NCBI GenBank assembly: GCA_045654125.1
Contig: JAZOMU010000017.1
Coordinates: 1,672-65,671 of the forward strand
DNA from: Christensenellaceae bacterium
GTDB lineage: Bacteria > Bacillota > Clostridia > Christensenellales > Borkfalkiaceae
DNA length: 64,000 nucleotides
Reading direction: 5' to 3'
In this document: positions 39,500-50,133 of the stretch, in pieces
Layout of the letters: every line of letters starts with the position of its first letter
Numbering within the stretch: the first letter of the stretch is position 1
Translations under genes and position numbers: made by a program
The notes under the pieces: generated by a model
What the model saw: only the letters and a program-made list of their open reading frames with translations
Told to the model about the DNA's origin: nothing
Databases searched by the model: none

Positions 39500-39886
39500 C
39501 TACCATACGTAAGCGAGAACTTCGCCACCTTGATGTGCTTTTTTAGCTTCCTTACCAGTCATAATACCTTTACTTGTAGAAAGGATTGCGATTCCAAGAC
39601 CGCCGAGTACTTGTGGAACTTCGTCAGTACCTACGTATACTCTCAAACCTGGTTTACTTACTCTCTTTAATCCAGTAATAACCTTTTGATTACCATCATA
39701 TTTGAGAGTGATTTTAATAGTGCCTTGAACACCTTCTATAATTTCTACGCCTGAAATATAACCTTCTTTCAAAAGTATATCAGCGATAGCTTTTTTGGTG
39801 TTTGAAGCGGGTATTTCAACAGTTTCATGCTTAGCCATAAGAGCATTTCTTATTCTAGTAAGCATATCCGCAATAACGTCTGTCAT
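39500..39886 (-). CDS. rpsH: 30S ribosomal protein S8 (uS8)
   Basis: [21 protein letters not shown]. Confidence 0.96.
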   Translation of the reverse strand: MTDVIADMLTRIRNALMAKHETVEIPASNTKKAIADILLKEGYISGVEIIEGVQGTIKITLKYDGNQKVITGLKRVSKPGLRVYVGTDEVPQVLGGLGIAILSTSKGIMTGKEAKKAHQGGEVLAYVW

Positions 39887-39902
39887 TTTACATTCCTCCT
39901 TC

Positions 39903-40088
39903 TTACCAACTAGCCTTTTTCACACCGGGAATCTGACCTTTATAAGCCAGGTTTCTGAAGCAGATACGGCAAATTCCGTATTTACGAAGAACAGCGTGCG
40001 GACGACCGCAAATGCTACATCTCGTATAGGCTCTGGTAGAATATTTAGCAGGTTTTTGCTGCTTATTAATCATTGCTTTCTTAGCCAT
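39903..40088 (-). CDS. rpsZ: 30S ribosomal protein S14 type Z (zinc-binding, 61 aa)
   Basis: [22 protein letters not shown]. Confidence 0.95.
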   Translation of the reverse strand: MAKKAMINKQQKPAKYSTRAYTRCSICGRPHAVLRKYGICRICFRNLAYKGQIPGVKKASW

Positions 40089-40106
40089 TATTTTACTCCT
40101 TTAACC

Positions 40107-40658
40107 TTACTTGTTTTCGAAGGGCATTCCGAGCATTGCGAGCAATTCTCTTGCCTCTTCATCAGTGTTAGCCGTAGTGGTTATACAAATGTCGAAACCT
40201 CTGATTTTTTCTACTTGGTCGTATGAAATTTCAGGGAATATCAACTGTTCTTTTACGCCCATTGCGTAGTTACCTCTGCCATCGAAAGACTTCTTGCTTA
40301 CTCCACGGAAGTCTCTAACTCTTGGAAGTGCGATTGATATGAATTTATCAAAGAATTCATACATTCTAGTTCCACGAAGAGTAACCTTCATACCTATACT
40401 TTGGCCTTCTCTTACCTTAAAGTTTGCAACAGATTTTTTAGCCAAGGTGAGTACGGGCTTTTGACCTGCGATTTGCATCAATTCTTGCTGAGCGAGTTGA
40501 ACGCTCTTTGCATTGTCCTTGATGTCGCCAAGACCTGAGTTGATAGTAATTTTAACTAGCTTAGGTACTTGGTTTACGTTTTCATAATTGAATTTCTTAA
40601 TCATTGCGGGGATAACCGTTTCGGTATACAACGCCTTAATTCTATTTGCTTGTGCCAT
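40107..40658 (-). CDS. rplE: 50S ribosomal protein L5 (uL5)
   Basis: [18 protein letters not shown]...[17 protein letters not shown]. Confidence 0.96.
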   Translation of the reverse strand: MAQANRIKALYTETVIPAMIKKFNYENVNQVPKLVKITINSGLGDIKDNAKSVQLAQQELMQIAGQKPVLTLAKKSVANFKVREGQSIGMKVTLRGTRMYEFFDKFISIALPRVRDFRGVSKKSFDGRGNYAMGVKEQLIFPEISYDQVEKIRGFDICITTTANTDEEARELLAMLGMPFENK

Positions 40659-40672
40659 TTACGTTTACCTCC

Positions 40673-41074
40673 CTATTTTGCTTCTGCGGTATCCGCAGTT
40701 TCCTTTTTGGTTTTTCTCTTAGCAGGAGCTTTGGTTGCTTTCTTAGTTTCTTTAGCTTCCTTGCCACCATCTAAAACTGCACCACATTTCTTGCAAAGAC
40801 GAACTTTTTTATCGCCCTCCACTTGATAAGCAACTCTAGTAGCCTTGTTACATACAGGGCAAACTACCATTACGTTTGAAGCATCGATAGGACCAGATTG
40901 GTTCTGAATAGAACTTACTTCCTGTGCACTTCTTGCTTTCTTGTGTTTCTTTTGAACGTTGATGCCGTCTACTATAACTTTGTTAGTCTTGGGCATAGCA
41001 GCCAAAACTTTTGCCGTCTTGCCTGCGTCCTTACCCGTTATAACTAAAACTGTGTCGTTCTTCTTAACTTTCAT
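40673..41074 (-). CDS. rplX: 50S ribosomal protein L24 (uL24), long form with four Cys and a Lys-rich C-terminal tail
   Basis: MKVKKNDTVLVITGKDAGKTAKV KOW motif. CPVC...CKKC pair. Tail KEAKETKKATKAPAKRKTKKETADTAEAK. 133 aa. Confidence 0.93.
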   Translation of the reverse strand: MKVKKNDTVLVITGKDAGKTAKVLAAMPKTNKVIVDGINVQKKHKKARSAQEVSSIQNQSGPIDASNVMVVCPVCNKATRVAYQVEGDKKVRLCKKCGAVLDGGKEAKETKKATKAPAKRKTKKETADTAEAK

Positions 41075-41085
41075 AGTCTTTCTCC

Positions 41086-41454
41086 TTATAACACTTCGGG
41101 TGCAAGCGAGATAATACGCATATAGTCTTTATCTCTGAGTTCTCTTGCGATTGGTCCAAAGATACGCGTGCCTCTCGGCTGTTTTTGGTTATCGATGATA
41201 ACTGCTGCGTTTTCATCGAATCTTACGTACGTACCGTCCTTTCTTCTAACGCCACTGGTTGACCTTACGATTACCGCTTTAACTACGTCACCTTTCTTTA
41301 CTGCACCACCTGGTGTTGCAGTCTTAACGCTTGCAACGATTACGTCTCCGATATTACCGGTTCTTCTGAATGAGCCGCCTAATACCCTTATGCACATCAA
41401 TTCTTTTGCGCCGGAGTTGTCCGCCGCTTTTAATCTAGATTGTGGTTGTATCAT
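41086..41454 (-). CDS. rplN: 50S ribosomal protein L14 (uL14)
   Basis: [27 protein letters not shown]. Confidence 0.97.
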   Translation of the reverse strand: MIQPQSRLKAADNSGAKELMCIRVLGGSFRRTGNIGDVIVASVKTATPGGAVKKGDVVKAVIVRSTSGVRRKDGTYVRFDENAAVIIDNQKQPRGTRIFGPIARELRDKDYMRIISLAPEVL

Positions 41455-41465
41455 AGCGCGCCTCC

Positions 41466-41720
41466 TTACTTAGCCTTTTCGATGATTTCAACAACACGCC
41501 AGTTCTTGTCCTTAGACAATTTTCTGGTTTCAGCGATAAGTACTTTATCACCTACACCACAGCTGTTTTGTTCATCGTGAGCTTTAAATTTATGAGTTTT
41601 CTTAATAGTTTTCTTATATAAAGGGTGTTTTGCCCTTTCTTCGATGGCTACGACTACGGTCTTATCCATCTTATCGGAAACAACTATACCGACTCTTTCT
41701 TTTCTTAAATTTCTTTCCAT
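41466..41720 (-). CDS. rpsQ: 30S ribosomal protein S17 (uS17)
   Basis: [22 protein letters not shown]...HPLYKK. Confidence 0.96.
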   Translation of the reverse strand: MERNLRKERVGIVVSDKMDKTVVVAIEERAKHPLYKKTIKKTHKFKAHDEQNSCGVGDKVLIAETRKLSKDKNWRVVEIIEKAK

Positions 41721-41732
41721 GATTCTCTACTC

Positions 41733-41933
41733 CTACGCCTTTGCTGCAAGTTCCCTTTGCTTTAAGATGGTCTTAACCTTTGCAATGTCTCTCTTGCAAT
41801 TCTTAATAGCTGCAGGGTTTTCAAGTTGCCCTATTGCGTGACGGAAACGAAGGTTAAATAATTCTTCGGATAATTCCTTTAATTTAGTATTTAATTCTTC
41901 TACCGTTAATTCGTGAAGTTCTTTCGTTTTCAT
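41733..41933 (-). CDS. rpmC: 50S ribosomal protein L29 (uL29)
   Basis: ELNTKLKELSEELFNLRF. Confidence 0.94.
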   Translation of the reverse strand: MKTKELHELTVEELNTKLKELSEELFNLRFRHAIGQLENPAAIKNCKRDIAKVKTILKQRELAAKA

Positions 41934-42382
41934 TAACCTTCACCGCCTTCTTCTTTTATTTGTTCTACTACATCAGCTTGCTTTTTAACAAACTTGGTTT
42001 TTACCGGAAGTTTGTGACCAGCAAGACGCATAGCTTCCTTTGCGATATCTTCAGGTACTCCTGACATTTCGAAAAGTACTCTACCGGGTTTAACTACAGC
42101 TACCCAGAATTCTACTGAACCTTTACCACTACCCATACGGCTGTCGGCAGGTTTCTTAGTTACAGGTTTGTGGGGGAAGATATCAATCCAAACTTTACCA
42201 CCACGCTTGATAAATCTAGTCATTGCGATACGTGCTGCTTCGATTTGGTTTGATTTAATCCAACCTGGTTCTAAAGCAACTAAACCGTAATCACCGTAAG
42301 CTATTTTATTACCCTTAGTACATTTACCGGTCATTCTACCGCGATGTACTCTTCTTCTTTTTACTCTCTTAGGCATCAACAT
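41933..42382 (-). CDS. rplP: 50S ribosomal protein L16 (uL16)
   Basis: [19 protein letters not shown]. Confidence 0.96.
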   Translation of the reverse strand: MLMPKRVKRRRVHRGRMTGKCTKGNKIAYGDYGLVALEPGWIKSNQIEAARIAMTRFIKRGGKVWIDIFPHKPVTKKPADSRMGSGKGSVEFWVAVVKPGRVLFEMSGVPEDIAKEAMRLAGHKLPVKTKFVKKQADVVEQIKEEGGEG

Positions 42383-42384
42383 AA

Positions 42385-43050
42385 TTAAGCTTCGCCTCCT
42401 TCATTTTTCTTCTTGGAAGCGCCGATAACTTCGCCTTTATAAGTCCAGCATTTAATACCGATAACACCAAAGGTGGTATGCGCTTCTGCAAAGCCGTAGT
42501 CTATGTCTGCTCTTAAAGTTTGAAGAGGAATAGAACCTTCATGATAGCTTTCGCTTCTAGCAATTTCAGCACCGTCAAGACGACCTGATACCATAACTTT
42601 TACGCCCTTGATACCACTTCTCATTGACCTACCGATTGCCTGCTTCATAGCTCTTCTGAAAGATACACGCTTTTCAAGTTGAGTAGCGATGCTTTCAGCA
42701 ACGAGTTGAGCATCTGCATCGGGTTTCTTAACTTCTGAAATGTTGATAGAAATTTGTTTACCCTTTGCAATCTTAGCTACGGTTTTCTTAATTACTTCAA
42801 TTTCACTACCCTGTTTACCAATAAGAACACCAGGACGTGCCGTGAAAATAGTGATAGTAACTTTTGTTGCTGCTTTTTCAATAGCAATCTTTGAAATTGC
42901 AGCTTGATAATACTTTTTCTTTAATACGTTACGGATTTCGTTATCTTCTTTAACGTTTGCAGCAAAATCTTTCTTACCTACAAACCATTGCGAATCCCAA
43001 TTCTTAATAACTCCGACTCTTAAACCGTGCGGATTTACTTTCTGTCCCAT
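42385..43050 (-). CDS. rpsC: 30S ribosomal protein S3 (uS3)
   Basis: [22 protein letters not shown]. Confidence 0.97.
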   Translation of the reverse strand: MGQKVNPHGLRVGVIKNWDSQWFVGKKDFAANVKEDNEIRNVLKKKYYQAAISKIAIEKAATKVTITIFTARPGVLIGKQGSEIEVIKKTVAKIAKGKQISINISEVKKPDADAQLVAESIATQLEKRVSFRRAMKQAIGRSMRSGIKGVKVMVSGRLDGAEIARSESYHEGSIPLQTLRADIDYGFAEAHTTFGVIGIKCWTYKGEVIGASKKKNEGGEA

Positions 43051-43060
43051 GTCGTTCCTC

Positions 43061-43447
43061 CTACGCCTTTGCGTCCAGCACGATAGTGATGTGGCTGGTA
43101 CGTTTCAAAATTCTGAACGCTCTACCCTGTGCTCTGGGCATTACTCTCTTTAGGGTAGGACCTTGGTCTGCGTAGCAAGCTGCTACAAACAAGTTATCCT
43201 TGCTCATTCCGAGATTGTGTTCAGCGTTTGCTGCTGCTGACATAAGAACTTTTTTAATAGGTTCAGATGCTGACTTGGGAGTGTTTTCCAAGATTGCAAC
43301 TGCCTGTGTATAGCTCTTACCCCTGATAATATCGAGTACTACTCTTACTTTATAAGGAGATATTCTTATGTGTTTGGCAACAGCTCTAGGGCGTCTGTCT
43401 TTATTTTCCGCAATACGCGCGGTCTTTTCTCTCATATTTTTAGCCAT
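43061..43447 (-). CDS. rplV: 50S ribosomal protein L22 (uL22)
   Basis: [19 protein letters not shown]. Confidence 0.95.
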   Translation of the reverse strand: MAKNMREKTARIAENKDRRPRAVAKHIRISPYKVRVVLDIIRGKSYTQAVAILENTPKSASEPIKKVLMSAAANAEHNLGMSKDNLFVAACYADQGPTLKRVMPRAQGRAFRILKRTSHITIVLDAKA

Positions 43448-43460
43448 AACTTAACTCCTA

Positions 43461-43742
43461 TTATCTACCACCGGTTGATTTTTCCGTACCTGCGTGGCCT
43501 TTGAAGGTTCTAGTCGGTGCAAATTCACCAAACTTGCAACCTACCATATCTTCGGTTACGTATACTGGAACGTGCTTTCTGCCATCGTATACTGCAACTG
43601 TATGACCTACCATTTGCGGGAATATCGTGGACGCTCTTGACCAGGTCTTTAATACCTTCTTTTCGTTCTTTTCGTTTAATTCTTCTATTCTCTTTAAGAG
43701 TTTAGGTTCTACGTAAGGACCTTTTTTAACACTTCTACTCAT
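43461..43742 (-). CDS. rpsS: 30S ribosomal protein S19 (uS19)
   Basis: [19 protein letters not shown]...[17 protein letters not shown]. Confidence 0.97.
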   Translation of the reverse strand: MSRSVKKGPYVEPKLLKRIEELNEKNEKKVLKTWSRASTIFPQMVGHTVAVYDGRKHVPVYVTEDMVGCKFGEFAPTRTFKGHAGTEKSTGGR

Positions 43743-43754
43743 GATGCGCCCTCC

Positions 43755-44582
43755 TTAATTTATCCTTGTAATGATAAGCTTATTAGAAGCTTTCTTATGC
43801 TTTCTGGTCTTATAACCGAGAGCAGGTTTACCCCAAGGAGTAACAGGTCCTGGCATACCAACTGGTGACTTACCTTCACCACCACCGTGTGGGTGGTCGC
43901 ATGGGTTCATAACTACACCACGAACGCTTGGTCTAATACCAAAGTGTCTGGTTTTACCAGCCTTACCAATTCTGATAATTTCGTGTTCCAAGTTACCAAC
44001 CTGGCCGATTGTTGCCTTACAAGCTGCAAGAATATATCTCATTTCGCCACTTGGCATTTTAAGAGTTACGTATTTTTCGTCTCTTGCCATGATTTGCGCA
44101 CTCATACCAGCTGCTCTTGCAATTTGCCCACCTTTACCCGGTTGCATTTCAATGTTATGCACCATAGTACCTACGGGGATATCTTTTAGTGCGAGAGCGT
44201 TACCTGCTTTAATATCAGCATTAACGCCACTCATTACTTTGTCGCCTACTTTTAAGCCTACAGGAGCAAGGATATATGCCTTTGCACCGTCTGCATAATA
44301 TAATAGTGCAATGTTTGCGCTACGGTTGGGGTCGTATTCAATGCTCTTTACAGTTGCTGGAATACCGTCTTTTGCTCTCTTGAAATCAATTATACGATAT
44401 TTTCTTCTGTTGCCACCACCAATGTGACGAACGGTTATTTTACCCTGAGCGTTTCTACCACCGCTTTTTCTCTGGTCTTCTAAAAGTGATTTTTCGGGTT
44501 TCTTTGCCGTAATTTCGTCATACGCGCTAACCGTCATAAAACGGCGAGCCGACGAAGTCGGTTTATATCTTTTAATAGCCAT
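43755..44582 (-). CDS. rplB: 50S ribosomal protein L2 (uL2)
   Basis: [14 protein letters not shown]...[12 protein letters not shown]. Confidence 0.97.
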   Translation of the reverse strand: MAIKRYKPTSSARRFMTVSAYDEITAKKPEKSLLEDQRKSGGRNAQGKITVRHIGGGNRRKYRIIDFKRAKDGIPATVKSIEYDPNRSANIALLYYADGAKAYILAPVGLKVGDKVMSGVNADIKAGNALALKDIPVGTMVHNIEMQPGKGGQIARAAGMSAQIMARDEKYVTLKMPSGEMRYILAACKATIGQVGNLEHEIIRIGKAGKTRHFGIRPSVRGVVMNPCDHPHGGGEGKSPVGMPGPVTPWGKPALGYKTRKHKKASNKLIITRIN

Positions 44583-44603
44583 TATTCTTTCCTCCGAATT
44601 AAA

Positions 44604-44894
44604 TTAAGACAACGAATCGAAGAACTCTATCGACTTACTGTCTGCTTTAAGTTGAACGATGGCCTTTTTATAATCGGGAGTATAACCTTCATATCTGCCC
44701 TGTCTTTTCAACTTTCCGCTAACGTTTGCTGTGTTAACCTTTTCTACCTTTACACCGAAGATTTCTTCAACTGCAAGCTTGATTTGGGTTTTGTTAGCAT
44801 CTTTTTTTACTATAAAATAGTATTTCTTATCTTGAATACCCGCATAACTCTTTTCTGAGAGTAGGGGTTTTACAATAATATCGTGCGTAGCCAT
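44604..44894 (-). CDS. rplW: 50S ribosomal protein L23 (uL23)
   Basis: [12 protein letters not shown]...[24 protein letters not shown]. Confidence 0.95.
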   Translation of the reverse strand: MATHDIIVKPLLSEKSYAGIQDKKYYFIVKKDANKTQIKLAVEEIFGVKVEKVNTANVSGKLKRQGRYEGYTPDYKKAIVQLKADSKSIEFFDSLS

Positions 44895-45520
44895 TATTCT
44901 CCGTAAACCTCCTGAATTTGTTGTACGGCCTGCTTGGAAATTACGAGCTTATTGTTCTTAACAACATCGTAAGTGTTGATTTGCACAGCACTAATCGTTG
45001 AAAGAGCCTTGATGTTTGCGCTTGCTCTCAATACTGCTTCATCACTGTTATCCATAACGAGCAATACTGATTTTTCCAAGTTAAATGCCTTTAAGAAGGT
45101 TGCCATTTCTTTGGTCTTTGCTTCTTTTACTTTGATTTCATCGATGAAAATTACTTCGTCATCTCTAATCTTTTGTGAAAGTGCTGAAAGAAGTGCAACT
45201 TCTTTTGCTTTTGCATTCATCTTCTTTGAGAAGTCTCTAGACTTAGGTGCGAATACCACGCCACCTTTTACCCATTGTGGACTTCTAATAGAACCTTGTC
45301 TTGCTCTACCAGTTCCCTTTTGTCTCCAAGGCTTTGCACCACCACCACGAACTTCACTACGAGTAAGAGTGCTCTTTGTACCTTGTCTTTCGTTTGCAAG
45401 TCTAGTTACAACTGCTTGGTGAATTACAGATTCGTTGTATTCTGCGTTAAACAAAGCGTCTGATAATTCAAGAGTGCCTACTTCTTTTGCTTGCATATTA
45501 TATAATTTTACACTTGGCAT
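44894..45520 (-). CDS. rplD: 50S ribosomal protein L4 (uL4)
   Basis: [31 protein letters not shown]. Confidence 0.96.
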   Translation of the reverse strand: MPSVKLYNMQAKEVGTLELSDALFNAEYNESVIHQAVVTRLANERQGTKSTLTRSEVRGGGAKPWRQKGTGRARQGSIRSPQWVKGGVVFAPKSRDFSKKMNAKAKEVALLSALSQKIRDDEVIFIDEIKVKEAKTKEMATFLKAFNLEKSVLLVMDNSDEAVLRASANIKALSTISAVQINTYDVVKNNKLVISKQAVQQIQEVYGE

Positions 45521-45531
45521 AATCTTTCTCC

Positions 45532-46164
45532 TTACGCTTTAACGCTGTTTCTCAAAGTTACGATGCTCTTTACTGCACCTGGAACAGCACCCTTAACTAG
45601 GATTGCGTTTCTTTCTTTGTCGACTTTTACAACTTCAAGATTTAACACGGTTACACTTTCGCTACCCCAGTGACCAGGTAAGTTCTTACCCTTAAATACT
45701 CTTGAGGGGTTGCTTATTGCACCCATAGAACCTGGTTCTCTGTGTACAGGGCCTACACCGTGCGTTTCTTTAAGCCTGTGTTGATTCCATCTCTTGATAA
45801 CACCAGTAAATCCGTGACCTTTAGATATACCCGATACGTCTACCTTGTCTCCAGCTTGGAACACGTCACAAGTGATTACTGAACCTACCGTCATAGCATC
45901 TGCACCTTCAAGCTTGAATTCTCTCAAAACTTTTTGGGGAGCTACACCTGCTTTTTTGAACTGACCAAGTTGTGGTTTGTTCAAGGACTTTTCGTTAGTT
46001 TCGCTAAATCCTAGTTTAACTGCCGAATAACCGTCTCTTTCCAAAGTTTTAACCTGAACAACGGGACAAGGACCTGCCTCGATAACCGTTACCGGAATAA
46101 CTTTGCCGTCTTGGGAAAACAATTGAGTCATCCCTAACTTCCTGCCAATGATTGCTTTATTCAT
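45532..46164 (-). CDS. rplC: 50S ribosomal protein L3 (uL3)
   Basis: IIGRKLGMTQLF...GKGFTGVIKRWN. Confidence 0.96.
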   Translation of the reverse strand: MNKAIIGRKLGMTQLFSQDGKVIPVTVIEAGPCPVVQVKTLERDGYSAVKLGFSETNEKSLNKPQLGQFKKAGVAPQKVLREFKLEGADAMTVGSVITCDVFQAGDKVDVSGISKGHGFTGVIKRWNQHRLKETHGVGPVHREPGSMGAISNPSRVFKGKNLPGHWGSESVTVLNLEVVKVDKERNAILVKGAVPGAVKSIVTLRNSVKA

Positions 46165-46209
46165 AGATAAAGTTCACCTCCGATATATTATATATAATGT
46201 TTATATTTT

Positions 46210-46509
46210 TTACAGTTTGATTTTGATATCAACGCCTGCTGGTAAGTGTATACTGTCTAAAAGCTTTACGTTGGGCGAATAGATATCGATAAGTCTTTTA
46301 TGAGTTCTGATTTCAAATTGTTCGCGCGAATCTTTATATTTGTGTGGCGAACGAAGAATCGTTACGATTTCTTTTTCCGTGGGTAGTGGAATAGGACCAC
46401 TGATTTTTGCACCCGATTTCTTCATGGTTTCTACGATTTTTGCCGTTGCTTGATCTAGCATTTCGGTATCGTATGACATGAGTTTAATTCTGATTTTTTG
46501 ACTTGCCAT
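46210..46509 (-). CDS. rpsJ: 30S ribosomal protein S10 (uS10)
   Basis: [11 protein letters not shown]...[35 protein letters not shown]. Confidence 0.96.
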   Translation of the reverse strand: MASQKIRIKLMSYDTEMLDQATAKIVETMKKSGAKISGPIPLPTEKEIVTILRSPHKYKDSREQFEIRTHKRLIDIYSPNVKLLDSIHLPAGVDIKIKL

Positions 46510-46582
46510 TTTTGTTCTCCTTTTTTCCTAACTTTTACTGTGTGTGCTGTTAACTCTGCCGTGTGTGTCAATCTTAACTAAT

Positions 46583-46631
46583 AAAAAAATCATTCGCCGA
46601 TACTTAAACTATTTTAAGTCGCTGCGAATGA
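46583..46631 (-). promoter_or_regulatory. Terminator-like hairpin plus U7 inside the rpsJ 5' leader (candidate transcription attenuator)
   Basis: Minus strand: TCATTCGC-ag-CGA-CTTAAA-atag-TTTAAG-ta-TCG-GCGAATGA (17 bp in three segments), immediately followed by TTTTTTT. It lies about 75 nt upstream of the rpsJ ATG and downstream of the only consensus promoter. Confidence 0.45.
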
Positions 46632-46755
46632 CTTTACTAATTCTATTGAAGTTAGTCGCAGGGGTCTTGCCCCCACACTTGTCAACGGAAATTATCTATC
46701 GTTTTTAACGATTTTAAGTAACTTCCCGTATCAACCCAGATTACACAGCCTATTC

Positions 46756-46785
46756 ATTATAACCAAATGCTATAGGCAATGTCAA
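46756..46785 (-). promoter_or_regulatory. Promoter of the S10 operon (TTGACA-18-TATAAT)
   Basis: Reverse complement: TTGACA 46780-46785, TATAAT 46756-46761. Implies a leader of about 240 nt. Confidence 0.55.
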
Positions 46786-46826
46786 ACGTTTTTACTAGGT
46801 TTTTTATAAAATTTTAAATATTTTTT

Positions 46827-46869
46827 AAATAAAAATTTGTGTAGGAAAAATCTAATCTTTCCTACACAA
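46827..46869 (-). terminator. Intrinsic terminator after clpX
   Basis: TTGTGTAGGAAA/TTTCCTACACAA 12-bp stem followed by ATTTTTATTT on the minus strand. Confidence 0.7.
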
Positions 46870-46878
46870 TATATTGTA

Positions 46879-48111
46879 TTAAGCTATCTCTTTTTTAACA
46901 ATTTTTGGCTTTGCACCGTTTACTACAACACTCTCGTCTACGATAACTTTAGCAACGTTTTCGCTAGAAGGCAAGTCATACATAGTGTCGAGCATGAGAT
47001 TTTCTAGTATAGTACGCAGTCCCCTAGCCCCTGTTTTAAGTTCAATAGCACGCTTTGCTACAGCGCTAACGGCATCATCTGTAATTTCTAGTTCAATATC
47101 GTCTAAGCCTATTAAACGTTTGTATTGCTTTATCAATGCGTTCTTTGGCTCAGTCAAAATATTTACTAGTGCCTTTTCGTCTAATGGATGAAGTCCCACA
47201 GTAATTGGTATTCTTCCTACAAACTCAGGAATTAAGCCGTACTTAATTAAGTCTTGTGGCTGAACGTCTCTAATCATTTCAGAGCCCGTTTCTTTTTTGT
47301 TTTCTACCCCACCAATAAAACCGAGCGCAGTAGTACCTTTGCGTTTTTTAATAACGTCTTCCAACCCAACAAATGCCCCACCACAAATAAATAAAATATT
47401 AGTGGTATCAATCTTAATACATTCTTGTTGTGGGTGTTTTCTTCCCCCTTGTGGTGGAACGGAAGCAACAGTACCTTCAATAATTTTTAAAAGTGCTTGT
47501 TGAACACCTTCGCCAGAAACATCTCTTGTGATTGATACGTTTTCGCCTTTCCTAGCAATTTTATCAATTTCGTCGATATAGACTATGCCTTTTTGCGCCT
47601 TTTCAATATCAAAATCAGCGCTTTGGATAAGCTTTAATAAAATATTTTCAACGTCTTCACCAACGTAACCAGCTTCAGTAAGCGTGGTTGCATCTGCTAC
47701 GGCAAACGGAACTTCTAAAATTTTAGCAAGTGTTCTTGCCATTAGCGTTTTACCACTACCGGTAGGACCTAAGACTAAAATATTACTCTTATCAATCTCT
47801 ACTTCGTCTTTTTCCTTTTTTACAAGGTTTATTCTTTTATAGTGATTATAAACAGCAACGGATAAAACTTTTTTTGCTTCGTCTTGCCCTATAATATATT
47901 CATCGAGCTTTTCTTTAATTTCTGCAGGCTTAAGAAGTTTTACCGGCTGACTTTCGCCTGCCTTAACGTTATCTTCTTGCATAACGTCTCTACAAATTTC
48001 AATACACTCGTCGCAAATATAAATTCCGTTTGGCCCTGCTATAAGGCGTTTTGTAAGTTCTTTCGGTTTTCCACAAAAAGAACAAAATAATTGGTCTTGT
48101 GTTTCTTTCAT
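46879..48111 (-). CDS. clpX: ATP-dependent Clp protease ATP-binding subunit ClpX
   Basis: N-terminal zinc finger CSFCGK...CDEC. Walker [20 protein letters not shown]. Confidence 0.97.
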   Translation of the reverse strand: MKETQDQLFCSFCGKPKELTKRLIAGPNGIYICDECIEICRDVMQEDNVKAGESQPVKLLKPAEIKEKLDEYIIGQDEAKKVLSVAVYNHYKRINLVKKEKDEVEIDKSNILVLGPTGSGKTLMARTLAKILEVPFAVADATTLTEAGYVGEDVENILLKLIQSADFDIEKAQKGIVYIDEIDKIARKGENVSITRDVSGEGVQQALLKIIEGTVASVPPQGGRKHPQQECIKIDTTNILFICGGAFVGLEDVIKKRKGTTALGFIGGVENKKETGSEMIRDVQPQDLIKYGLIPEFVGRIPITVGLHPLDEKALVNILTEPKNALIKQYKRLIGLDDIELEITDDAVSAVAKRAIELKTGARGLRTILENLMLDTMYDLPSSENVAKVIVDESVVVNGAKPKIVKKEIA

Positions 48112-48124
48112 AAATCTCCAAAGT

Positions 48125-48721
48125 CTACGGACGCTTTACTATTACTTGGTCGATAAGTCCGTATTCTTTTGCTTCTTCAGCCGATAGATAATTATCTCTA
48201 TCGGTGTCCTTTTCAACTACTTCGTAAGGCTTTCCACTATTCAATGCGAGAATTGAGTTTAAGCGATGCTTGGTTTTTATAATGTGGTCAGCTTGAATTT
48301 TTATATCGCTTGCCTGACCTTGAGCGCCACCCAACGGCTGATGAATCATAATTTCGCTGTTAGGAAGAGCGTATCTTTTCCCTTTCGCACCACTTGATAG
48401 TAAAAACGCACCCATGCTTGCCGCAAGCCCTATACAAATGGTGCTTACGTCACATTTGATATAATTCATAGTATCGTAAATTGCCATACCTGCCGTTACG
48501 CTTCCACCTGGGCTATTGATGTAAAGGCAAATGTCTTTGTTGGCATCTTTATTTTCCAAAAATAAGAGTTGCGCAACGATTGCATCTGCAACTGCATCGT
48601 TTATTTCGCCAGTAAGGAAAATTACTCTATCTTCTAAAAGCCTAGAATATATATCGTAACTTCTTTCGCCTTTACCGGTATTTTCAACAACGTACGGTAT
48701 TACCGTGTTTTTAATATCCAT
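48125..48721 (-). CDS. clpP: ATP-dependent Clp protease proteolytic subunit ClpP
   Basis: [18 protein letters not shown], catalytic [17 protein letters not shown]. Confidence 0.97.
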   Translation of the reverse strand: MDIKNTVIPYVVENTGKGERSYDIYSRLLEDRVIFLTGEINDAVADAIVAQLLFLENKDANKDICLYINSPGGSVTAGMAIYDTMNYIKCDVSTICIGLAASMGAFLLSSGAKGKRYALPNSEIMIHQPLGGAQGQASDIKIQADHIIKTKHRLNSILALNSGKPYEVVEKDTDRDNYLSAEEAKEYGLIDQVIVKRP

Positions 48722-48764
48722 ATACTCTCTCCGTATTAAATATTGAGTATTCCCTTAACTTAGA

Positions 48765-50051
48765 TTATTCAATCGTATTGATTTCTTTTAAGTTTTGGAA
48801 TAGTTTCTTTATAATAATTTCGTTCTTGATATAGTCAAGCTGACGAGCTTGCATGTTCTTCTTTACGTCTGGTGCAGGTCTGCCTTGTGCTTTAGCCATT
48901 TCTTCAACCCTTGCTTCAACGTCTTCATCAGTTACTACTATTTCTTGTTTTTCGATTAACTTGTCGATTACGAGTTGTGATTTAACGATATCTTTAGCTT
49001 GACCTTCATAGTCCTTTTTGAACTCATCAATGGTCTTGCCCATATATTTTAAGTAATCTTCAAGCTTTAGACCTTGATATGATAGACGATAGCTCATTTC
49101 TTGAACCATTCTTTCAACTTGGTTTTCTACGAGCGCATCGCAAATTTCAACATCTGCACTTTCGGTTATCTTTTTAACGATTTCGTCTTCAAGCTCTCTT
49201 TCAGCTCTATCAGCGTTTGCTTTTTCAAGTCTTTCTTTGGTTTCAGCCTTGTAAGCTTCTACACTCTCAGCGCCAACTGCTTCCTTAATAAATTCATCGT
49301 TAATTTCAGGAAGTTCTTTCTTCTTGATTTCATGAAGCTTAATAGCAAACACAGCATCTTTACCCTTAAGATTTTCAGCGTGATATTCTTCAGGGAACTT
49401 AACGGAAACATCTCTATCTTCGCCAATATTCATACCAATTACTTGGTCTTCAAAACCAGGGATAAAGGTTTTGCTACCGATAACTAAAGTCTGCTTTTCT
49501 GCCGTACCACCTTCAAACTTAACTCCGTCAACACTACCAGAATAATCGATAATTACCGTATCACCGTCTGCTACTGCTCGGTCGGTTACTTCTACCATAC
49601 GGCTATTGCGTTCTTGTAAACGCTTAATTTCTTCTTCGATTTCTTCGTCAGTTACATTATACTCGTTTTTCTTGAAAGATATACCCTTATATTCACCGAG
49701 ATATACTTCAGGCTTAACTGGAACGATAGCAATCATGCTAATGCCTTTTTCGCTGATTTTCTTAATATCAATATCAGGGTTTGCAACAGCTTCGATAGAT
49801 GGTTCTTTATCAAGAACTTCCGAATAATATTTCGGGAATGCGATATTAATTGCTTCTTCATAGAATACACCAACGCCATAAGCAGTTTCCAAAACCTTTT
49901 TGGGAACTTTGCCCTTTCTAAAACCTGGCATTGAATATCTGCCCTTGGTCTTTTCATACGCGCCGTCTATTGCTTCTTTCCATTCTTTTTCAGTAAGGTC
50001 AATCGTTACTTTAACCGTACTTTTTTCACCTTTTTCAAAAGTATACTTCAT
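48765..50051 (-). CDS. tig: Trigger factor
   Basis: GFRKGKVPKKVLE ribosome-binding motif, central FKBP domain (IPGFEDQVIGM). Confidence 0.95.
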   Translation of the reverse strand: MKYTFEKGEKSTVKVTIDLTEKEWKEAIDGAYEKTKGRYSMPGFRKGKVPKKVLETAYGVGVFYEEAINIAFPKYYSEVLDKEPSIEAVANPDIDIKKISEKGISMIAIVPVKPEVYLGEYKGISFKKNEYNVTDEEIEEEIKRLQERNSRMVEVTDRAVADGDTVIIDYSGSVDGVKFEGGTAEKQTLVIGSKTFIPGFEDQVIGMNIGEDRDVSVKFPEEYHAENLKGKDAVFAIKLHEIKKKELPEINDEFIKEAVGAESVEAYKAETKERLEKANADRAERELEDEIVKKITESADVEICDALVENQVERMVQEMSYRLSYQGLKLEDYLKYMGKTIDEFKKDYEGQAKDIVKSQLVIDKLIEKQEIVVTDEDVEARVEEMAKAQGRPAPDVKKNMQARQLDYIKNEIIIKKLFQNLKEINTIE

Positions 50052-50133
50052 AGCTTTACTCCTACTATATAATGTTAATATTTAAAATTGCTAATGTATT
50101 TTATCATAATAAGCGATAAAACGCAAGGCTTTT

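Noticed and set aside
39795-45463. Long antisense or off-frame ORFs within the ribosomal protein cluster (e.g. 39795-40226, 44973-45422, 41168-41473)
   Set aside because: These are shadow ORFs opposite highly expressed, codon-biased genes. They have low-complexity Ser/Leu/Phe-rich translations and no SD.
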